NCBI RefSeq assembly: GCF_031769215.1
Contig: NW_026782309.1
Span: 248,001-312,000 of the forward strand
Reading direction: 5' to 3'
Source of the DNA: Ylistrum balloti
Lineage: Eukaryota
Length of the DNA: 64,000 bases
Below the pieces are notes generated by a model that saw only the letters and a program-made list of their open reading frames with translations, had not been told where the DNA came from and ran no database searches. Positions 51,192 to 61,500 of this stretch are shown in pieces. Made by a program: the position numbers and the translations under genes. Within the stretch, counting starts at the first letter, position 1. The number at the start of each line of letters is the position of its first letter.

Positions 51192-54100
51192 CTAAAATGT
51201 AGTGTGAGGCCTTGCTGTTGTGAATCTGGGCTCGTGAAGCTTCTTTTGGATCCTGTGTGTCAGTGGGAAGCGAATATTTGAGTTCTGAAAAATAAACATT
51301 TTTATATAAATTAATTTTTACCAAATAAAAAACATCTGGTTAATCTGACTTGTGCACGTGATAATAAGCTTAGTGCTACCAGTTTACGTCTTGTTCTGCA
51401 TTGATGTCATCGCTCCTTATGCCTTAATTTCCTCACAAATTGTATGACAAGTTCAAATATGACAATAGTAATTATACCTAAATGATTTACTATTCAAGGT
51501 CCCAAGGTCAATGTCATTTTTACTACTCATTGAAATTTATCAAACACTGATACATATATGTTGGGATCTGGAACACTCATTTCTAATGGTCATTTATTAG
51601 TTTTGGTTAGTCTTATGTATTACTATTGATAAACTTACGTGGAACTGTTTGACATTGGCCCTACGTGTCTTGCTGGCTTCCACTTCCTGTACTTTGATGA
51701 TTTGGATGGTAGAAGACCGTGCCCTGTGCCTGGCTCCCATGTCTCTGTCTGCAAAATTAGGAAAATTCAGTCAAAAGTGGAGGAAAATGACAACAAGAGG
51801 CCCAAGGGGCCTTAACGTCACCTGAGGAATATATGTCAATAATCATGGGATTTTAAAATGTTGCAAAAATGTAACAACACTTCCGAAATAATATTGGTTT
51901 CCTCGATTCATTATTGAGGAGGCAACATAAACAACTGGGAAAATTTATAAAATTCAAACTTACATCTATCTGTCATTTATTCTTTGCATTCATTCCTACT
52001 TCATCCCGAAATATACAATTGTATTGGGTGGTCAAGAATTTAAATATCAACATCCAGCATCATATATTTAATTGAAAGTAATGTTGCTAACACATGTACC
52101 AAAAAGTGATGTAACTTGAATAGAGCCTTATAACTCTAATGTGACACACACTTCACCATCACAAGAACGTTCATACAAAACCCTGACAACAGAGTGCACA
52201 ACATATACCAGTTAGGGAATACTATGAGATTATCATTCTCCAACATACACTAAAATAACTTCTCGTTGCATATTGAAGTTGTTTCATCCATGATTCACTT
52301 CCTTTGTCATTAAGAGACAAGAAAGGCGACAGGTTGATATCAATTTTGCACATTATCTGCCAAGACTAGAAATTCATTCTAACCTGGAAAAGGATGTGCA
52401 TTCTTGTCTGCCCTTAAGGTTTTTTAAAACTGATAATGAGCCCCTTTTCTAATTCACCAATCTTTTCTCAAAACATGACAAAAAAACCCTATTCCAAACC
52501 ATAGATAAAATGCTTTGGGAAATTATTCTCGGGGCTTGATCCCAGAACTCCCAAAATAAAATAAATAAATCACTTCTTTACATGGTTTGTTTTCCAGCCT
52601 ATCTTTTAACAAATTACCGATTGAATTCTATGTGTGGTACACCTAAACAATACTTGAAATAATGGTCCTAGCATGAGAGAGTATTCAACTGTAAATAATT
52701 ACAATATAGCATATATTTGTATTTAATACTGACATGTAAAACAATTCAGTTAGAAAAGTTAAAAATTTTGGAATCGGCGTTTTGGACTAGACTGAAAAAG
52801 TCTTGCAAAAATTTCTTTGGCCCAAATATACAAGAAGATGTATTATTACTTTCACTATATAAGGTAACCACTTCTGTAGACTTATTGTGATATCACTGTA
52901 CTACAATGATCAACACATGAACATTTTGTTGGAGAAAGGGGATGTTACATCCATGATTCACTTCCATTGTCATGAATGGACAAGAAAGGCGACAGGTTGA
53001 TATTAATATTGCACATTTTCTGCCAACAATAGAAATAGTTCTGTGCTGGAAAAGGATGTGCATTTCTGTAAAACGACAGGTCTACATGTACCTGAATCAG
53101 ACAGGATGGAATATTTGATATCCCACTTGTTTTTTTTTTTAGTTTTTTTTTCAAACATGTACCAAGTTTTTCTCTATACGACTAAAGGAGAAGAAATGTT
53201 TTTCATAACAGTCCACCATGAAATATTAGTTATATTTCTTTCTGCTCAGAATTGATTTTATAAATCTATAACCTAAGGCACATGTCTGTAATTAACACCT
53301 GGGCACTTCCTTACGACACCCATCACCCACTAAGTATTGCTCGAGGTTGCCTGTTTTAACCTGTTACATGTAAGTTTCACCTCTTCCTGAGGCAAATAGA
53401 GATAAGTAACCTACCAGTACCTGTCATAGTGAAACCAAACAAGACAATAACAGTCAGAGTTGATGACTTGAGAAAGGCTTAGACCAAACAATTAAAACAA
53501 GAAAGTCACTGATAAAGAAACAGGCTTACAGACTACTGACATCTTCTAACTGCCATTTGTGTTATTTTGTTATTTGAATGATTTGTATAGAGGCCCTGGT
53601 TACCAAGATAAAAATATCAGGTTGCAAAAGCATGTTTTTTTTTTTAAGTCCTAAAACTTGTTTCATCCATGATTCACTTCCTTTGTCATAAAAAGACAAG
53701 AAAGGCGACAGGTTGATATTAATATCGCACAGTATCTACCAAAGCTAGAAACTTGTTCTAGCCTGGAAAAGGATGTGCAGTTGCATTGTGTGCATTCACA
53801 CATTACAAAGATTGACCGATTCTATACACTTTACCACTCCGGCTCAACATGTTACAAAGACTGACCGATTCCAATCCATATGACTCCAACTAGTAATTAA
53901 TATCAACCTTAAAACCCAGATATTAACATGTATAGATAGACCTTTTATATGTAATAACTGATCATTTTCAGTTACATCCATTGGGAACAAGTTGTTGCAA
54001 CATAACTATAAAAACATTTTCAATTTTATGAAAGTGTATCAATTTCATGAAAATGACAGATGCATGGGTAACAAAAACTTTTTTATTTATATATATAAAA

Positions 54101-56649
54101 ACCAGATAAGGGTATAATATTAATCACATTCTTAATGTAAAAGTTAAGGTTAAAGAAAAAGTGATAACTAAACTCAGAAATATGAAATGTGACTGTTACA
54201 TCCATGATTCACTTCCTTTGTCATGAATGGACAAGAAAGGCGACAGGTTGATATTGATTTTGCACATTATCTGCCAACGATAGAAATTGGTTCTAACCTG
54301 GAAAAGGATGTGCTTATTGCTTAGTACATATAAGAAATTCAATCATATTGCTAGGTTTTCAAACCATATTAATCCTCATACCAATTAAACACCTTCTTGG
54401 TATTGCCACAAAATTACCAGCCCAAAACCACAGCTTCTTCGTATTGCCACAAAATAACCAGTTTCATAACCTCAAGAGATCACTAAACAGGCCTGATTCA
54501 AGCCACATTAACACATTTTCAATCACACATATCCAGTAACGAATACATGATTGGGGTAAAAACAACAAGACCCGATTCTGGAATCAAAAATTGTCAAGGG
54601 GTTTTTATAATGACTCTTGAACAATAAGGCTTATATTAACAGAACGAGTATTTCTTACATTCTAACTCCTAAATCTAAATCAGTTTTATTCATTTCAAAT
54701 CTTTTTCAATGGCGATATATCATCACTGCCATTTGATTCAACATTTCAACTGGTTCTCAAGATTTTGATTAACATTTCTACAATGCTTGACAAACTGCTC
54801 AGTCAAGGTAACGCTTAGGATTGAAATCATGTGAAATCATAGGTGTCCTAAGTCTTCATCACTGCAGTATCAGCAAAGGAAATCACCTTTCGATTGGAAT
54901 ATAATGAATTCTACAGTTTCTCAAATTTCAATACCCCACCAGACATTTCTTCCAATTTTACAGGCCACCAAGGCAAAGTGTCCAAGCACTTTTCAGAAAT
55001 GACTTACAACACTGAGTGACGGCTCCTGCAGCTGTCAGGTCCCTGTATTCCCTGTACATGTTGTGGTTGCCACTACGAGACACATAACGCAGCCAAATAC
55101 CAATGTTCTTGATCTTCTCTGGCTTCTTCTCATAGATCTGGTAAAAGAAAGGTGTACCATTAACACTATACAATGGAAATTATTGTGGCCAGCCTGGTTA
55201 CCTTCAGGACTAAATTATAACCCTTGACTTGCAAAGAGTCTTTATTGTTAAACTCTTTGGTTTTTGGAAGAAACAAAACAAATTTAGGAGATATTTGTGG
55301 GCAATGTGACCTCAGAAACCCAAATAGGGCAACTTATTCCATATCAAAGACATAAACTTATGAGCTGTTCCTGCTTTAGACTTTTTCTGATATCATAAAA
55401 TGCACATTATTACTTTATTTTTGTTCGATTGCATACCTTCTGACAACAAAGAATTTCTCCCTGAGTTCTTTTCATTTTCCTAAGCTGGGTGACAAAGTAC
55501 CAGAACCTAGACTTGGCAGTGCATTTGTCTGGGGCAAAGATTCTCATCTGGTAAAGAGCAGGGGTCCTGTTCTTATCAGTGGGCAACATACGCCCAATGA
55601 CTTTATATTCGGTCAACTGAAAAAAAGAAAGCAGTGTGAAATTTAAATGGAGTCATGTAATCATTATATATTACATTCTAAACTTTGTGTGATGCTCCAA
55701 ACATATCTTACATTTGGGTTTTCACATAGAGTTGTCAATGGCATACCTGGAATATTAGCAATAAAAAGCTCAGTTTTAGTTAATAACCTTGTATAATTTA
55801 TTTTTTGTATTAATTAAATTAAGACATAGATTTATAGCAATGTCAATTTCTAATTAGAAATCAGAAGTATAAAAAGGACTTTTTTGCTTGTTTCAATATC
55901 TTCAAATCAAATAGCTTATTGGAAGAACATCAATATTTCAAATTAGTTAATAAAACCACTAAAGAAACGGAAACCACAGCAGAGAAATGACTGTGAAATA
56001 ATACTTGCAGACTATGGCTTATATTCAAACTTGCAAGTTTAATGATATTGAAATTTTATGGGTGAAAAGCATGAACAACACCGAAATGATTTACAATATG
56101 GTCCAACCAAAATAAGGTAATTGATAGTCATTTATTTTAAAAGCATCAAAACCATGTCAGAAATCTAACATCGAACAGAATGTGGTCTTTTTTTACTTTC
56201 TTTTTACACATAATGTCCATCAGCAATATGATGGTAGGGTTTTGAGAAAGTTTAACACCAGTCTCACGGTCCTCTACTCAAATAATTTGATTTAGGGTTC
56301 GGATTTACTCGCGATTCATGATAAAAAATAATAATTACGGAGAGCAGGTGTCCTATAGACTATTAAGAACTTCAACGTGTTCGTCTGCTCAGTGCAATTA
56401 GGTAGCAAATCATGCCGGTATGATTGCACAAAAACTCTTCCAAGATTTTTTTTATATGTCCATGCTTTTCGGGTAGAAACGCTCTGAATTTTACATAGAT
56501 ATGATAAGCATTATAAAGAGTTAATGAACACAGCTTCGAGGAATAGTTAACTGAGATCGCTACGGCCTGGATTGCCAAAGGAGATCTATGTAAAGTAAAA
56601 TAAAATACGATTTTATTCGGAGACTACGTACATCACCACGGGCCTTCAT
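51192..56649 (-). CDS. RPL18A: 60S ribosomal protein L18a (eL20), 176 aa; exons 56649-56632, 55616-55437, 55137-55008, 51748-51639, 51284-51192
   Basis: [69 protein letters not shown]. 18+180+130+110+93 = 531 nt; AATAAA at 51171-51166. Confidence 0.98.
52277..52402 (-). ncRNA. SNORA68: H/ACA snoRNA, SNORA68 (U68)-like, copy 1
   Basis: Two hairpins (TGCACAT..ATGTGCA and CTTTCTTGTC..GACAAAGGAAG), ATATCA H box and ACA 3 nt from the end. The 3' pocket TGTCGC/GTGAAT matches vertebrate U68 as I recall it, and vertebrate U68 is also hosted by RPL18A. Confidence 0.85.
52940..53064 (-). ncRNA. SNORA68: H/ACA snoRNA, SNORA68-like, copy 2
   Basis: Paralog of copy 1 with invariant pockets and boxes and variable apical stems. 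Confidence 0.85.
53656..53781 (-). ncRNA. SNORA68: H/ACA snoRNA, SNORA68-like, copy 3
   Basis: Same pattern as copies 1 and 2. Confidence 0.85.
54191..54316 (-). ncRNA. SNORA68: H/ACA snoRNA, SNORA68-like, copy 4
   Basis: Same pattern as copies 1-3. Confidence 0.85.
54794..54868 (-). ncRNA. SNORD58: C/D box snoRNA, SNORD58 (U58)-like
   Basis: ACTGCA-GTGATGA...CTGA-GCAGT with a terminal stem. D' guide CTTAGGACACCT (then ATGA) is complementary to the conserved 28S sequence AGGUGUCCUAAG, the same guide as vertebrate U58. Confidence 0.88.
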
Positions 56650-56659
56650 GGTGGAACAC

Positions 56660-56673
56660 GAGGAAAAAGGAAG
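56660..56673 (-). promoter_or_regulatory. TCT initiator / 5' TOP tract of RPL18A
   Basis: CTTCCTTTTTCCTC lies 10 nt upstream of the ATG, as is typical for ribosomal protein genes. Confidence 0.8.
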
Positions 56674-56862
56674 ATCTCGTTGAAATCTCGTCCTATTTCA
56701 AATTCTTCAAATCACATTTTGTTTCTCGAAGTAGGAAATGCTAGCTAAATATTTTAATATAAGAATGAATAAATGCCATCCAGATATATTTAAATTAGTA
56801 ATTAATAAATAAATCAAAATTAAGATATCGTGTTAACGAGATCTACATAATTCAAGATGGCG
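56672..56862. promoter_or_regulatory. Compact bidirectional promoter RPL18A/XPOT with a YY1-type CAAGATGGCG motif
   Basis: About 180 bp separate the TOP tract from CAAGATGGCG (56853-56862). The XPOT non-coding first exon ends at GAG|gtgagt (~56931). Confidence 0.65.
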
Positions 56863-57636
56863 ATTGCCTGATGACGAAACGTGGCCGGCCAAATTGAAAT
56901 AGACTGGTGATTTAAATAGACTGGTATTGAGGTGAGTTTCATCATAACGTACTTTTCAATAGACCATGGCACAATTCATAAACGGAATCAACACGAGAAA
57001 CCGAAAATGGCCGTGACATACAGCTACAATGGTTTGTGTACATGATTTTCTGCAGTTAAATTCGATTTGTTTTGATTGAAGCACATTTGTTTATATTTTC
57101 TAATTCGTCCTGTTCAAGTTTAAAATGAAGCATATTTATGAAGGAACTTCATTTCTTTATGGAATACATACAGCCTTTTATACAGGGTACAGATGCTTTG
57201 AAGTCATTTAAATATGATATGTATATAAAAAGAATTTTATTTCTTGTTTATTATTTCAATGTATAGTAGCTAGGGTGAGAGGATTTGCTCTTTTGGCTGA
57301 AATTACGGACATCATACAAATAGTTATAATTATCCTTAAAGAGGCAAACAAATCGTCAGAAGTATTGAAGTTAGTCGGTCATAGTCAATCAAAGCTGAAA
57401 AAAATCTATAACATAAATATTTTCGATTGGAAAGGTAACCTTATAAAATAGTATTGGCTCCAACCTGTAATACCTTCTGAACATTCATTGGCATACAATA
57501 TCTTTATTTTTATAATTCTTTGCAAACAGTAAATAGTAAACAACAATTTCAACACAAAGGTAACAAATAAAAACGTATTGTTTGTGTCATATTGAAACAT
57601 GTTTTTTCAACCTCTAGACATCATTTTACTAATTTG

Positions 57637-57740
57637 AAGTTACTGGTGGACCCTAATCTCTTTTAAAGTCTGAAGTAGACACACTTAAAAGGAAGTTACT
57701 GGTGGACCCTAATCTCTTTTAAAGTCTGAAGTAGACACAC
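57637..57740. repeat. ~54-bp tandem duplication in XPOT intron 1
   Basis: GAAGTTACTGGTGGACCCTAATCTCTTTTAAAGTCTGAAGTAGACACACT occurs twice. Confidence 0.9.
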
Positions 57741-58536
57741 TGGAAAGGAAGTGAAAATGCTATCATTTATTGAACATAGCAGGACATGTTTTGTTGGTAG
57801 AAAAATTTGGAGAATCATATTGTATGCAGTTAGCTGTATTTATTGACACTTAAACATAGGTTTGTGCATAATTTTTTGTTATCATACTGTCATGATTTTT
57901 GCTAAACATTAGCTGAATGCTTGTATATATGAGGAGGAATTCTGACTATCGATCCTGACACAGCCAAAAAATACTTGGTAGATACATGGACTGGTTGCGG
58001 ATATATTCTCACCAATGCACATGTTTCACTGGTATATTGTGGCACTTTTGCACACAGACATTTCATGGAAGAAAATACTTAATTTCGATAATTTTTAGTG
58101 ATAATAAGCAATTTCAGAAAAACTTTCCTACAGCATTGGTGATTCATAAATGTTAATGCTAGTCATGTCATTGGCCAATTATTAACATTCCCAATGGTCA
58201 TCTTTTGAGGGGAAAAAAGAAACATTAACCAATCTTATCTAAAAAAAAATCATACAAAATGGTTTACAGCTTTAATATAATTAGTAGTAGCTGGGAATAT
58301 ATTGTCTGTCATAAATTTATGTAAAAATTTACTGCATTTTCATTTAATAAGAAAAGCACTCAACTAATAGATTGATTCAGTTGCCATGTTATGTATATAT
58401 ATAAAGCTGTTCTTGATTGTATTTTTTCTGCAATTTTGTAGCATGTACAGCTTGGGAATCGTATGATAATTCACAGACCTACACAGTCAGGTCCATCGAG
58501 AATAACAGGCAGTGGGCGTGTCAGTACATTTTCAGC

Positions 58537-61500
58537 ATGGATGAGGAAGCCCTTAGGGGCCTGAGTCCTGCTGCAGATCCACAAACACAAGCCAGGGTAA
58601 GAATTTTAACACAAGACAATACTGTTTGTTTAAATATGTTTGTGTCTTGGATTATGCAAGTCTTAATGAAAGCATGGGTCACTCTGTCAGCAGACGATAA
58701 ATCATAGTATAATTGCATGTAACTAAAAAGTGATTCCTTCATAGATAGTAGCCAACTTTAAGTATTGTAAGAAAGGGTTCAACAAAAATCAGTACTCTCA
58801 TCAAAATCTATATACAAAGTATGATAGATATTGCATGTAGTGCAATACTATTTATTTTTATAAACAGTTCCATGCAGATATGTGCTTAATTCACTTTGAA
58901 TGTAAGGTTTAAGAAATAGCAAATTGGCATTGAAAATCAGTGGGAGACTGTCACAAAACATGAACTCATAAAGTTATTACATGGACTCAGGGTATCTAGA
59001 TCTATGTCTATTCAATCATTTGAGATAGTTTATAAAATTTTACTTTAAATTAATTGAAGTCTTGTACATGTATATAGATAGAATTGTGTTCAGATACTAG
59101 CCAGTGTTTTCCATAATTTTGTCAGTAGTAGGCTGTGTAGTGAAAGTAGGAGGCTGGCCTGCCATGTACGTGTAGTCGAGTACGGAAAATTATTACGGAA
59201 CTGGATTGGTGTAGGCGGCCAAATGATCAAAGTAGCTGGTCAAATTGGCCGGCAGCCAGCTCTTATGGAAAACCCTGACTAGCATACTTATATTTCCAGT
59301 CTTGTGTTGAATAATCTTTCTTTCTTCTTGCAGGCATTGCAATATTTTGAGCAATTAAAGTCTGTTGGTGATGGTTGGAAACTTTGTGCTGAATCTTTTA
59401 TGAATCCACACTACAGTAGGTCAGTTCCTGAAGATGGATTAGAAATATTATCACAGTTGATTTGTACTTGTAACCATCACTTCTTTTGAAAATACAACTA
59501 TAGATATACTTGCAATAAGTACATAGTTTCTTTGATAAAGAAATGGAAAAGATGTAATTATGATTTAATACTTAAAAATAGAAGAAAATAAATATCATTT
59601 TGTTAATTCATTGTAATAAATTGAAGATTAGAAGATGATTTTTAGTTTACAAAAGATCCGATAAAGTACATTTTGGTGAATATCTTAACAAGTGGAATTT
59701 TCAGGGGTAAAATTTTGTGCCTTGTATTTAATTACATGAAAGGATTTCATTGTTAGCGAACATGTTATTTGTTCTTTTTTCAGTAATGACCATGTACGCT
59801 TCTTCTGCTTACAAGTTGTTGAACACTTCCTGAAGGAAAGGTGTGTATGTTGATCTGGAATAAACCCAACTTGTATAATGTCTTTGAAGCATTTAAGTCT
59901 AATTCTTATAGATTTTATTGGATCGTAAATTCATTGATATGTTAACAAATAGCAATACCTGAATAATTAATCTTGCTTAAGTATATAAGTTCTTGATTAT
60001 AAGTATAGAATGCTAAGGTGTCGTCAGAATACTTGTATTTTCAAATTGTTTTTGTAATATATTTTGGAATAGAGTAACATTAGTAATGATTTTAATAGTT
60101 GAAGATTTAAAAAAAAACAGTCACATCTGTGAATACATGATGAAAACTGAAGCATTTTCTTGTGTGTTAAAGATATGCAAATGTCAGCCTGGAAGACCAA
60201 CAGATGATCCGTAACATGATTGGTCAATATCTACAAGTGCAGGTATTTAAAACAATAAATTTATTTATATCTATTAATATCCTTCAAATATAATTCTGAC
60301 AAATATCATTGTAAGGATTCATGAAATTATACAATTTGATGTTGAGATGTTTGACCCTATATTAAGTGTTTTTGATTCATTTGAGTTAATTCAACATGTA
60401 CTGTTTGAAGGGTTCATCAACTAGTGGTGACAGGAGTTTCATCAGGAATAAGATGGCACAGGTGATATCACTGGCATTTATCGTGGACTACCCTCATCGC
60501 TGGCCCAGTTTTTTCTCTGACCTGTCTCAGGCTCTCACCCCAAGCCCACAGTTGGTAGACATTTATCTGCGAATCTTTCTTGCTATAGATAGTGAGGTAG
60601 TAGATCGTGACATCATCCACACCAACCAGGTGAGTCAAAAATATCAATTTAAAAGTTAAATCTATATGATTTACTTGTATAAAAAATCTGGATTCAATTA
60701 TAAAAAGATATACTTTCAGAGAAATTAAGACTTAAACTGAAGTGTATTACAGGTTTACGTAATGCTATAGTTACTCTGATGTTGCACAAGGCAGTTACTC
60801 ATATACATACTTATTGATATTTAGTATAAAACGTTTGAAATCTTCATCCTCAAATTTCTGTGAATTGTGTATTGAAAGCAAATGAAATGTAATAAAAGGA
60901 TATGAATGTCATACATTATGAAATAGGATGATTCAAATTTCAAGGGTTTTACGTAGTCATTTATTAAGTATATTGTTAACAAAGACCAGTGCAGAAAACG
61001 AGAAAGGAATTATCCTGTTGTATCTCGCTGTATGTCATAGTATTAATAAACATGCAGTGTATTTTTGTTTTTTATTTGGTTAAGAACTGATTAAAACTAT
61101 AATGTTCAAACAATTTTTTTCAGGAAATCCAGAGAAACACTCTGATCAAAGACACAATGAGGGACCAGTGTATACCTCAGTTAGTGGACACTTGGTATCA
61201 GATCATGGTAGGTATCACTTAGTCACCAGTGTATACCTCAATTAGTGAACACTTGATACTAGATATAGTCTTAACCATAATCCAGTTTGTTAACAGGGAA
61301 CTTGTAGAAACTCTGGTTAGTGGTTACTTGGTACATAGAGTCTCTGGTTAGTGATTACTTGGTACGTAGAGTCTCTGGTTAGTGATTACTTGGTACGTAG
61401 AGTCTCTGGTTAGTGATTACTTGGTACGTAGAGTCTCTGGTTAGTGATTACTTGGTACGTAGAGTCTCTGGTTAGTGATTACTTGGTACGTAGAGTCTCT

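Noticed and set aside
51792-51826. Hairpin AGGCCC-AAG-GGGCCT with TCACCTGAG near the RPL18A exon 4 acceptor, as a possible splicing element
   Set aside because: It matches the terminal palindrome of the HINE-like family seen at 51043-51076 in inverted orientation, so it is best explained as a transposon-end remnant.
55138-55436. Possible snoRNA in RPL18A intron 2 (an ACA-like end and ATGATAT..CTGA)
   Set aside because: No convincing hairpins, the C box is imperfect and no rRNA complement was recognised.
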